From contig ML978126.1 in the NCBI GenBank assembly GCA_010015805.1, forward strand, positions 1,426,001 to 1,490,000: a DNA stretch of 64,000 bases, given 5' to 3'. Both the position numbers and the translations under genes were made by a program. Positions 23,314 to 34,815 of the stretch are shown one piece after another. The first letter of the stretch is position 1; each line of letters starts with the position of its first letter. Below the pieces are notes generated by a model, which was given only the letters and a program-made list of their open reading frames with translations, searched no databases and had not been told where the DNA came from. The DNA comes from Rhizodiscina lignyota (taxonomy: Eukaryota).

Positions 23314-25593
23314 TCATGTCCCCCGAGTTTCCAGTACATTATCAAAAAAAGTGAGAGGAGAGTAGAAGCCAGAAGGAGAATCTGATAAGTCTTTTGTTAG
23401 TTACAATCGGCATGACTGAGTGTGCTTCTCACAATGATTGTTGAACGTTGCGCCAAATTCATTCAGAGGTATGGCATCAAAATCCGTCAGAAAGTCGTAA
23501 GAAGCGGGCCCGCTACCGTCCTCGGCAGACGCTTCTGTGTTTCCAAGGACGATGCTCAGAGCTTTCGCTACTTTTCCAGCTTCCGCAGATGCCGTACTCA
23601 TTTGAAGCCAAATCTTGTGCGAGATCGTTAGTCGTTGTCGAATCTCTTCAGCCCTAGGCGACCACGTTGTATGTCCTGCAGTCTCAGGCAATTCAAATTT
23701 ATCGACGTCTTGAAGGTAGAGACAGAGCACGCTCGTTGCGAGGAGAACATCCTGGTTGAAAATACGGATGACCTTCCATCTAAGCTGACACAAACGACCA
23801 AATGGCTGAGACTCTTCGTGAAGCATCTGTTGAAACGATAGAATCTTGAGTGCGGAATCTAAACAAATTCGCACCGACTCCCTGTCCCGCTCTTGAGACT
23901 GTCGAACTGGGTAGCTGATCAAAGCTCTCCGGTACAGGAGGATGCGTGATTTGTAGTAGGTCGTTTCTACACTTACCCGCTGTACCACAAGGTTTGGACT
24001 ATCCGTGATGGGGTGTGGCATAGTTTCCCAGCGCAGCACGGGCGGAATAGCACGATTGTGCACGTCTTCAAGAAGTGCGTCAACCTTGATGACTTCGTCG
24101 TAGGAAGGGGGGTTAATATCGGTGTTGACGTCACAAATCAAGCCGAGAGCTGATATCAGTCGCCCTCTTGCAATGAGAGGGAGCACCGGCGTCCATTCTG
24201 TTTCTGGCCTCGGTAGAGGCATCTCGGTCGTGTCCTCTTCAAAATCACAGTCGCGCAGATTACGGGGCTCTTTTGTATCGATGTGCGTATCTGTGGCACT
24301 TCGAGGAAGGCCCATCTCCAAGGAGATAACGAGATCTAATTGAAGGATTGTAGTCCAGATGCGTCTACGCATCTCACCCTCGAATGGAGATATTCCGGGA
24401 AAGTGATCTGGGTCCCGGTGATAGCCCATGCGCATTGCAAGATGAAGTATCATACTGATCAAAAGCCAGCCATCGGTAGCTCTATCTTTCAAGAGTACAA
24501 ACTCTCCAGTAAGGACCGTTATGAGGGTTTCCAGGATATATGGTCCTCCCATCGTATACCTGGCCAGAATAAGACACTGAACGGCCTTCTCCTGGAAGGC
24601 ATCCTTCATAGTAAGATATTCCGCCTTGAGCGATTCGGCTCGTCCGTCGGTGAAGTCAATGGTGAAGGTCTGCAACTGCGCAGCAATATATAACATGGAG
24701 AACATAAGACCGATCCAAGCGATAGAAGTTGCAGACGGATCTTCCCAGAAGGTTCCGTACTGGTCAAATGTCAGACTGCTTGTAATCGGCCAGGTTAGAA
24801 AGAACCCACCTCTCGGAGAAACTTCTTGCCATGAATGAGATCTACAGCACACAGTCAATCCTCTGAGAGCGGACAGAAAGCTTGGATGTACTGACATGGA
24901 GTGATAATGTAGGAATCGAAGTGAAGGGCCATGAGGCGGTCAACAACTGGGCGAGGAGGAACAGCAGCCAGTATTTCATCTCGAGTTGCATGACGTTTCG
25001 GGCCATAGAACAAGTGTGAACCGGGCGGAGCCTTGCTATCAGTGACCAAGTCCTCCTTCAGTCCTCTGATTTTGGTAAGAATGGCCTCCCAATGGACACT
25101 CTGGACATAGCTGGTTCCAGACTCGCGCAACTTTAGGGTGCCAGGGTCTGCCGGGGATGCAGCTTCATCTTGGGATTTCTTTGGTCTCCGGATCTCAGGG
25201 AGCACATCTGCGAATGATGACGAGCTTGGTCTCGGCGATTTCGGTGCGGGCAGACTTGGGAGTGATTGGCCTTTCATGAGCGTCACGACAAGGCTCTCCA
25301 GTTCAGAGATTCTGCCATGGAGGCTGGTGGACTGTCGCGGAGCAACGGACCGCTGAGCATCGGGCGTAGAAGAAGATGCCGTCGCATAATTGCAGGAGTT
25401 GGTGAGGCCACGCCTTGAGCAAGCTCCGCATGGGTGCTGTCGGTCGCACCTCAGCCTGGCAAAGTTAAGCGTGTACGACTTTGTGATGGCTATCGAGCAC
25501 GTACTTTCGGCGTCTGCAAGGGTCGCAGGAAAGCAAGACTTTGTCTCTGCGTCGATTTGGCGGCGGACGCGGACGTTGAGCACTGTCGGCCAT
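23314..25593 (-). CDS. Zn2Cys6 transcription factor with fungal-specific TF domain
   Basis: MADSAQRPRPPPNRRRDKVLLSCDPCRRRK | LRCDRQHPCGACSRRGLTNSC; HWEAIL; LAMRMGYHRDP..FEGEMRRRIW; last small exon ends ..ETRGT* at 23314. Confidence 0.92.
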
Positions 25594-25684
25594 GGTGTGA
25601 CTGCATTGAGGCGCTCGCGGAGCTCAGCCTCGTAGAGAAAGAAGATATCTGGCGGCGCAAACCGAGAGGCAATGGAGATAGCAA

Positions 25685-25760
25685 CGACCCTCCGCGTCGA
25701 CCCTCCGCGTCGACCGTCATTGCGCCGCCCACGATCCCTGCTCCTCCGACCCTCCGCGTC
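25685..25760. repeat. Three copies of CGACCCTCCGCGT(C) in the TF/MFS divergent region
   Basis: Tandem copies at 25685 and 25698, third at 25747. Confidence 0.85.
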
Positions 25761-26019
25761 CGCTCGCTCTCCAAGCTCCCCTTCTATTAAGCAAATCTCC
25801 AGTTTCGCTCCGCATTCACAGACCATTTTGCGGATTTAGTAGCTGGCGCAATTATCCCTTGCCCAAAGAACTACAGCTATGACTTCTCTATGCGGCCTTC
25901 TTCATCCGGACGTTGTCCGGCCGCCTATCCTGCCTTCACATATATAGCAAGCAAAGCCTGGCACCAGTGAACAAACATGCGCCAATATCCCAGAGTCACA
26001 CCACCCTCGACAGCATATC

Positions 26020-27677
26020 ATGGCGGCCGACTTGGAATCCGCCCATGAGAAGCCGGCCATATCGGAAGACGGCCACCATGACCAACAATCTAGCGAGCCT
26101 GACCAAACAGCAATTGAACAAGAGACAAAGGACAATGTCGTCGACTGGGATGGGCCAGACGATCCCCAAAATCCGCGGAACTGGCCAGCATGGAAACGCA
26201 TGGCCCAAGTCGTCCTCGCCAGCGCTTTCTTGCTCACTGCGTAAGGCAGTTCCTGCGCTCCTTTAGCGAAGCAAATCCCGTACTGACCAATACACATACA
26301 GCAACCTCGCCGCGACAATGTATGCACCTGGAGCTGCCTCGCTTGCTAAGGAGTTCCATATCACGAGTTCCACCATTGTCAGTCTCACCGTGTCCATTTA
26401 CCTTTGCGGCTTCGCCATTGGGCCAATGTTCATTGCACCGCTGTCCGAACTGTACGGACGCCTTGTGATCTACCACACCTGTAATGTCATTTATATTGGC
26501 TTCATCATCGGATGTGCGCTGAGCAAAAACACCGGCATGTTTCTCGTTTTTCGATTCCTTGCCGGATGTGCTTCTTCGGGCCCATTGACAGTTGGCGGAG
26601 GAACCGTCGCCGACGTCGTCCCTCCAGCTCAGCGTGGGAGGGTAATGTCTCTGCTCTTCATGGGACCACTTCTGGGACCAGTAGGTGGCATTACCCCACG
26701 CAAACCGTCATGACACTGACGATCCTTCAAGGTCTTGGGCCCAATTATAGGTGGCTTTGTGTCCGAATCAATTGGCTGGCGATGGACTTTCTGGATCATC
26801 ATAATCCTAGTGAGTAGAGCACAACCCCTACTATTCTCGAGTCGCTGACGGTTCGACCTAGGCAGGAGTATCATTTACCATATCAATCTTCTTCCTCCGC
26901 GAGACCAATGCCGCCGTGCTGCTAGGATGGAAAGCTGCTCGCCTCCGGAAAGAAACTGGCAATGCTGCTCTGGTTTCGAAGATGGATCGAGGCCTGACCC
27001 CCCGCCAGCTATTCCTCCGCGCTATTACTCGACCAACAAAGCTTCTCATCCTATCGCCAATCGTGCTCCTCCTTTCCCTACTGTGCGCGTTCGTTTTCGG
27101 CCTCCTCTTTATGCTGTTTACCACGTTTCCCACGGTCTTTGAGGAACAATACCACTTCTCCGCCGGTGTTTCTGGCTTGTCATATCTCGGCGTTGGAATT
27201 GGAATGACCGTCTCTCTCGGAGTCTTTGCCACCGTGAGCGACAAGCTGCAAAAGGCACTTGGAGATTCGCCCAAACCTGAAGGACGCCTGAAGCCCATGG
27301 CGTGGGTCATGCCCGCCGTGCCCGTCGGTATCTTCTGGTATGGCTGGGCAGCCGAGAAGCAGACTCATTGGATCGTGCCCATCATCGGCACCTCATTCTT
27401 TGGATTCGGCTTTCTCTGGGTCATAATGCCAACTCAGCTCTACATGGTGGATGCTTTTGGACCTGAGGCTGCCGCCTCTGCGTTGGCTGCGAACGTGATT
27501 CTCCGACTTCTTTTTGCAGCTTTCATTCCATTGGCAGGGCCGTCTTTGTATGCAAACCTGGGACTTGGGTGGGGGAATAGCGTCCTAGGCTTTATAGGCG
27601 TGGCTTTTCTCCCAGTGCCACTCTTCTTCTATCGTTATGGATGGTGGCTTAGGAAGCGTTTTGCTGTGAAGCTATAA
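26020..27677 (+). CDS. MFS transporter (DHA1 type)
   Basis: VDWDGPDDPQNPRNW, GPMFIAPLSELYGR, FRFLAGC, GPLLGP|VLGPIIGG, GWRWTFW, PEGRL, LGLGWGNSVLG. Confidence 0.93.
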
Positions 27678-28049
27678 CAATTCATGTTGAGGTAGAGGTA
27701 TTATAGATCTGTTTTACCATTTGCAGCGCTTTTCACAAGGAGATTGTCGCGACTTTCTGCTATTTCATTCCATACATAACCAGGGTCCAGGTATCGATGA
27801 TAGATTTAATCACTAAGAAGCATAATCTTAACTACCAGCAGTTCTCCTCTACCACCTTTCATGTGAAGGTAGTTCTACCCAAGACATTTCTAGATTCGGC
27901 CAGTTTCCTTATATATATTCTCAAGTAATGGCCAAGAGTTCCTGGCCTGAATCCGCCCTCCGCTGCTAGAAGCACGTTGGTGTGAGTGTGAGCACGTATT
28001 CGTCAAAGGGGCATGTTCACTTACCATCCGGAGAAGCCAAGAACACAAT

Positions 28050-28539
28050 TTAAGCGTTCTTAACCGTAAACCGCGCATCGACTCGTTTGCTCGTCGGCCA
28101 ATCCCAACCTGCTTTCCAGTATCCACTTTCCTCGTACTTCCATCCGCGCTTATCGACGGCCTCTCGCTTACCAGTGTCCATGTAGTCGTTCGAGCCAATC
28201 CAGGGAGAAATGATGTCGACGTACCTCGCCGCCCTGGGCATCATCGACCGAGTAAGTGAAGGCAATGTCGATTTCGATTCCTCCGATTGGATTGAGTGCA
28301 TCTGCAGATTCAGCTACGAAGCAAGTGAGGAAGCTTGAGTGTGCCGGAATATATTCCGGTGGTTCGTCGTAATGCTGTCTCATTTCACCACTTTTGAACT
28401 TCCAATAGGTTCTTTTCCATGGCTTGTCAGTGTCGTTCGCGACTACGACACGGACGAAATGAGGTGGGTTGTCATCTCAAGCTTCGTTCGCATCGAACGC
28501 TAGGCCGATACCTTCACCGGCGGCGTGTTCACCTCCCAT
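28050..28539 (-). pseudogene. Aegerolysin/Cry34(ET79)-like beta-sandwich protein, disrupted
   Basis: MGGEHAAG..NEA*DDNPPHFVRVVVANDTDKPWKRTYWKFKSGEM..PPEYIPAHS..FVAES..GGIEIDIAFTY, frameshift ~28230, YVDIISPWIGSNDY. Pattern N.T...R....G...PP..I...ES..G.E...Y...PW.GSN.Y. Confidence 0.55.
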
Positions 28540-29446
28540 GGCTGGAGGTGATAAACAGAGTTTAGAGGGAGACTGATAAGAATGGTATAAAGGGTAGAGG
28601 CGGGGATCCTTGGCTGAGGGTGAGTGAAAAGCGAGCAGCCTCTCTGTGAGTAGTTCAGGTTAGAACCTTGCTGGACCATATTACGCTTTCCTTGCCGGCT
28701 TTATACTGGGCAGGTGAATAGAGTACGCGTATCAGCTGAAACGAGCTGAAGGCTCCGCTCGCTTCAGCTCGCTTAAGTCGGTCAGTCTATCTACAGTCTG
28801 TAACGTGACATATGCAGAAGATATCGCGGAGGGGAATTGGATTGGTCCTTTCGTGTTGGCAAAACGAGCCGAAATTTGCAGCTAGAGCTGAGGTTGAGTA
28901 TGTTGGTTGCATAATCTAGACCGTAGAATGCAGTTGAGCTGGACTGGAACGTGCAGATGGCCTAATCTAGACATAAAGAACCATGTTCGGTTACGTGGAA
29001 CTGATACTGAAGCGACCTTCTTTAGGCCAGCGAAATAGCCAATTGCACAGCGTAGAAATGTCTAGTAGAGAATACTGTATGTTGTCACATCTTCCTTGCT
29101 GTCTGTCTCGCTGTGCTTCGTCGCTCAGTCACAAGCTGTGCTCTGCTGCGCCGCCCCGCCCACGATTCCATCTCACACTATCAACATTAAACCATAGTAC
29201 TATGCACTCTCATGCATCTTGGGGGGCTGCAATTAATAAGAAAGAGGCCATTATAGACAGTGTTAAAGTTAGTATCCACGAAAACCGTTGGATATTTTCT
29301 TTGGCAGGAGAGAAAATATTAATATGATTACATTTTGTTCCTTTGAGAGATATTTTGAGGAAGGTGAGATGAGACAACTGGTCAGAAAAATGTCACTGAG
29401 GGGTATCTCAGACGCAAGGAAATCTATGCATATTCATCAGACGTTG

Positions 29447-30319
29447 TCACATTAGCCCCCAAACAAATAAGGAGGTAGCGAGGCCGACCGCGATCAGATG
29501 CCAGTTCTTCCCCAGCGTGGTCGCACCCCCAATCTCTCCTCCTTTCCCCGGACTCTGGCCAATAAAGCCATCACCGGTATCGCCGCCATTCGAGATCTGG
29601 TTTTGGACATTGGCAGAGTATTCGCCGCCGACATTTCCAGGAGGATAGAACTCGCAAGCGAGAAGCCAGCCAGCCGCTGAGTCTCCGTCTCGTCGCTGTA
29701 CATTGGCAACCTGTGCAGAGCTCCCACGTACAGTGTACCCGGATCCAGTAGTGTCGCGTCTTTCATCGCCTGTGTTTTGGCAAAATGTCCTTGCGCACCC
29801 GATCGATGTGCTCGCTTTCCAGACAAGCTGAGAGAAGTGACCCGTCTGCTCCGTGAAATGCGGATTCTCAAAGTCGAAGTGCGCTCTCTCGTCACCCCAG
29901 CCGTCGACTGCATCTGTCACTGTCGCATACCCAATGGCCAAATTCTCTCCGAACCCAGAGCCGCTATGTGACCAGATGCATCTGTCTGTCCACTTCTGTG
30001 CCACTGACGCGAGCGTTGAATTCCAGTGGATGTTTGTCGCGTTATGCTGGGCGCGGTAGGTGTTTGTGGAATTGACACAGTCGTTGCGGAATTGCGAACT
30101 GGAGGTCCATGATGCGTCGGAGGATGGCTTGGAGGAGGAAGTGTGGATGACCGTCGAAGGTGTGATAGTATTCGTGAGTGTGGAGCCGGATACTTCTGTT
30201 GTGATAGTAGTGGTGAGGTGTATTACAGTTGTAGTTGTTTGCGTCAAGCATAATGAGGAAAGAAAAGACAGAAGAATGACGCTAGAGAAAAGGAAATCGA
30301 CACGCCAGCGTGAAATCAT
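29447..30319 (-). CDS. CAP/SCP (PR-1-like, Pry-like) secreted protein, probably GPI-anchored
   Basis: Signal peptide, Thr/Ser-rich linker, NTYRAQHNA..WNSTLA, HSGSGFGENLA, TGHFSQLVWK..IGC, CEFYPPGNV, hydrophobic C-terminus. Confidence 0.93.
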   Translation of the reverse strand: MISRWRVDFLFSSVILLSFLSSLCLTQTTTTVIHLTTTITTEVSGSTLTNTITPSTVIHTSSSKPSSDASWTSSSQFRNDCVNSTNTYRAQHNATNIHWNSTLASVAQKWTDRCIWSHSGSGFGENLAIGYATVTDAVDGWGDERAHFDFENPHFTEQTGHFSQLVWKASTSIGCARTFCQNTGDERRDTTGSGYTVRGSSAQVANVQRRDGDSAAGWLLACEFYPPGNVGGEYSANVQNQISNGGDTGDGFIGQSPGKGGEIGGATTLGKNWHLIAVGLATSLFVWGLM

Positions 30320-31303
30320 GATTGCGATGGTAGACAAGGAGAAGTTGTAGAAGTGAAGGAGCGCTGAAAAGACATACCACACGCGTTAGTTAGGGAGCCA
30401 TCGTGTTTAGAGAGAAGCAGGCAGAAAGCTTCTGTGGACCATGTCTTCTATTGTACTTAGTTATTGTGAGGCCAGCAACCGCTTTGTTTCGAGTCGGAGA
30501 CCAAGGAGGATGTGGTTGGCTAGAGAGGACCCGAACTCTTCGCGCCGGCCTTAGCGAGCGCCAAATGGCAAGATCCGATGGACAATGTCCAAATATACAT
30601 TCTTCGTCGCAAAAGTCATCTTGCAATTTCGATACGTATTATTTGAAGTCTTTTAGAATCCTCTCAAGACTCCTTAAGAGAGGTAAGACGAGATATCGGG
30701 ATCGTCGGCGTTGTCCAGAAAACTCCGCACTGGCGCTCGGCTATTTTCGTGATCACGAGCCGAATCTCTAATTGTTGAGCCGTCCCATCACACTTTTGCT
30801 GAATGCTGAGCTGAGATTGGATACTCGCCCCTCTGTCATTCACCTCGATGCGAGTGCTAATTTCTCGTCAGGGTCTGGAAGTGTGAGTTGCTAGCCGACA
30901 TATGCCAGGCCACCTGGCCTGCATGGCGTTAGCCACATCTCGTACAACAACGCGTACGGATTCGATTCGCTGATCGACAGATTAGCTTCACACCTTTCAA
31001 TCGCCCTCTCAAAGAATTGCTATGCGTCACGACGGCGATTGCGTGTCCAGTTCTCCCCGCGGTGCTACGCAGTACAGCTGTCTTTGGACTACGTGACCCA
31101 GCCCCCATCTCCACATTAGGTTTAAGCTGGAGCAGTGTGGCAGAACGAGTTCGCTGGGGAGCTGGCAAGATCAAGTTTATTTGAATGACACGCGAGTCAA
31201 TAATGCTCTCTTAATGTCAGGTCTCTCCTGCTGCGCTGTTCCTCTCGTTTTCTTTCCCTTTTGAAAGCCGTCCTTCTCGTCACTCCTTTGCCATCTTTTC
31301 AAC

Positions 31304-32269
31304 ATGCTCACTAATTCCATCTTGACGTTCATACTTCTAGCTGCGGCGGGAGAAGGTACAGCAATTGAACGGAGAGGGTATGTATACCGAAGGTACATGA
31401 CGGGGATGTATATTTGAAAAGTTGTATAATAACATCGCTCATATTGGAACAGTAATGCCGCCTTCACATCTTACACGGCCCTTGGTGATTCTTACGCTTC
31501 TGGAAACGGACCAACGCCGCTCCTCAAAGGCCCTGGGGATGCTGCCTGTCATCGGACTCAAGGTTCATATCCATACCAGTTCAACCTGAAGTACCGCACT
31601 CGATCATCGACATTCCAATTCTTGGCCTGTACGGCCACGAACACCACGGAGATCACAGAGCAAGTCTTTGACCGTCACTTCGGCCACCCAGACTTGGTCA
31701 CACTCGACGCGGGAGGGAATGATGGCAACTTCATTTCGAACAGTCTCGCCAACTGCATCGCGGCAGAGGCGGTGCTGAATGCTACAGCGTACGAAGCCTT
31801 GTGCAATGCGTGGATAGTACAAGCCTCTGCGCTGGAACAAACGCTCAAGCCGAACATATCGGCTCTCATCAAAAAAGCCCAGACACACAATCTCCTACGG
31901 CACCAGAAGCGCAAAGTCGTAGTAACCGGCTATGCACAGCCGTTCAACATCTCAGGTCTCCCAAGCGACTGTCCGACAACTATCCCAATACCACCCCTTG
32001 GACCCGGAAATTTGGCCGACAGGGTCAATTTGTCCGTTCTCGCTCTTAACGCTGTGATTGAAGCAGCCGCATACGAAAATGGTGCCTTGTATGCCGATAT
32101 TGACGCTGCATTTGATGGACACCGAGTCTGTGATGCTGGGGAGGACTTTTTCCAGACAGATTCGAGCGCTCCGAACGCCGCGCTAGCTCACCCGACTGCA
32201 GACGGATATTTAGCAGTAGCGGAGGCGGTTGCAAGGGCGCTAGGCTTGGTCGGAGAATTGGCTTCATGA
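31304..32269 (+). CDS. Secreted SGNH/GDSL hydrolase (SEST-like)
   Basis: MLTNSILTFILLAAAG.. | intron ~31378-31452 | YTALGDSYASG, ACHRT..SYP, FLACTA, TLDAGGND, VVVTGYAQPF, FDGHRVCD, AHPTADGY. Confidence 0.9.
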
Positions 32270-34815
32270 TGGAATGGGACGTTATATAAGAGAAAGTAGA
32301 TCATATGGGAGGTCCAAAGTTGAGTACGCGTTATATCACCACTTTTCATTCATGTACAAAAATATTAATTCAAATTATATTTGGAAGCGACGTCAATAAA
32401 TGCAGGGAACATACGCTGCGAGCCGCCTCATGGTTGTTCACGCGATTATATGCAAGTTAATGGTTTCGACGATTCAACGGCTCGATTTAGCCGAGCGTGC
32501 GTCTCGCCCTGTGAAACATGAACGGGTATGATAAGCTTTGACGCACGCTTTTGAACAAGAAGAGTCGAGCCTATGCAACACATGGTAAGTGGACGCGACG
32601 AATCGCTCCTTACTGAATATGCAGCTCTTCTCAACAACTGTCCGAACTTGCGCTAAATGTTCGAATTCGCTTGATGAGTAAAATGTCAGATATGCAGCAG
32701 GAAAGCCATTTCGATCCCCGATCTGTCAGCGGTTCTCAAGGAAGCTCGGAACCAATTCATGCTCTGGAAAAACAATGAAAAGTCGCACAATTCGCTATGA
32801 ATATGCAGTTGTATCAAAGTCAGCATATATTGATCAAGAGCGATATGTGATGTTTTGAGCACAGTTTCATCTTGAGACGGTCGGGTGGCTGCTCAAGATC
32901 ACGTGAACAGAACGCGTGTAGGGTTACTCGAATCAGAGACGTAGAACATCGTTTGTTAAGTATGTTTACTGCATGAGGCTGAGAGGTGATCGATAGAATC
33001 GCGAGGCCGCGGGGGAAGAAAGTTTAGAGATCTAAGCAAGCTTCAGGAAAGTGATCGGATAGCTACTCTGAATGTGTTTAAACGAAGTCAGTATGGGAGA
33101 AATCTTCCCCAAAGGGCTGCTAGGGGGGATATATAAATTGAAGGTAGCCAGCCCGCACACAGAGAAGGAGTACTCTGCCGAACAGAGGGCTCTTTTCTCA
33201 TGTCAAAATATGGGACTTGCAGAAGTCACGCGAGATTTTGATCGAGGGAGACAGCTGAGGATAACGCTAAGCTGGTTGAGAGAGGGATGACGAGCTGGTT
33301 GTAAAACGACAGAAGAGAAACAAAGCTGTATGGGGATTGACAGTAATTAGAGAGAAATGTGAAGGAGCTGAGTCCAGACGCAGCTTCCTAGGTGTACCCT
33401 CACATTTCCCAGATGACGTCGCCAGAATCTTGGACTTTGGAGAGCTGGCTGATTCTCGAAGAACGACTAGATTTACATAATGAGAGAAACAAGAATGAGG
33501 TATTCACTTCTCAAACGTCTATGTTCTCCCCCAATGTGGTATGATGTACAGTTATTTCTCAGGGGGATTCTCACCTTCATCAAAGCCCGCGAAGAAAGCG
33601 AGCAATGAACGATGAAAAGGACGAATTGGCAGTTTCAGCCGAGCAATCAAGAAGTATGAAGGCCATGTTCCGAAACAGAAACATCAATACAAGGTACGTT
33701 CAGCGAAGGATCTTGGCCGTGACCGTGCGCACAGGGAGATCTTGTCGACCGGGGCCGGATAAGGAAAAAAGAAAAGAGCTTAAGTGCCAAGTAGGTAAGC
33801 TTAGCAAGAGTGAAGAAGCACTGTGAGACGAGGCTGAAGCGATGTTTCTCGAGAGGAATTGAGGTTAAGTCAGGTGTTCTTGCGATGTGGCGTTGGTGAG
33901 ATGAGGAAGGACGGGACGAGAAGTTTGGAACGAAATTGGGTGGGCGGCTCGCGCTGCGACAAGCTCTACCTCTATCCCGGCTCCCCAGCACGAGGGGTTT
34001 TAGATCGCCAAAACACCTCGTTACCGCCTTCACCCATCGCCTTGGGCTGTTTGAGCCTCAGGAAACAGTTTCGACAGAGAACGGCCTTGGGCTGAGCTCG
34101 AACGGCCAAGCCCCGCGCTGCGCACAAATGCGAGTGCCGCTCCTCGCCAAGCTGACCTCCTTCGAGCATTGGCATCACGAAGTATTTTGAAGGTCTGAGG
34201 CATTATCGCAGCCTTCAATCTCTTTTGTTTGCTTCCTACAAGCGCATTCTCTATCCTTTCTGAGCGTCATGTAAACATGCCGCCACTGACGGTGTGTCGC
34301 TCATCGACGCCCTGCCAGTATCACAGCGCACACTCTGCTTACGCGGTACACAATGGCACCAAGGTTCGTTCAGTGGGAGGGTCCATTTCGTCATCCAGCA
34401 CAGGTGCTCATGAGGAAGAAGGGACTTGGGAGTGGTCGTTCTACAGGTCCTCCTCATTCCGCCCCTCCAGCCCCAGGGAGAGTGGCCGACATTGGGACGC
34501 GCAAGGTTTCATAAAGCCTCCTCCGCCCACTGACAGTGACACTTCTTGGCTTCGTAGAGCCCCCTTCGCTCACTAACACTTCTCGGCGGTCCATGGACCA
34601 ATGTATGGTAACATCGTATTCTCTTGCTTCCAGCCTCTAATTTTTTAGTATATAGACTTGCCATTCTGCTTCTGGTCATGTATTCATTCTTCAGCCTGCA
34701 GTCGCAGATCTTCTTCCATTCTCTTCTGTTCTTTGAGGGTTCCATTGCCAACATATATTCTTACACTCCTTTACACGCTTGCCGGACGAGTCGATACATT
34801 CTTTAATCATTCACG

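Noticed and set aside
24855..25826. 323-aa ORF as the TF N-terminus
   Set aside because: It reads through intron and UTR; the first zinc-cluster cysteines are in another frame starting at 25593.
32300..34800. Many short overlapping ORFs
   Set aside because: No coding motifs; likely intergenic or promoter sequence.
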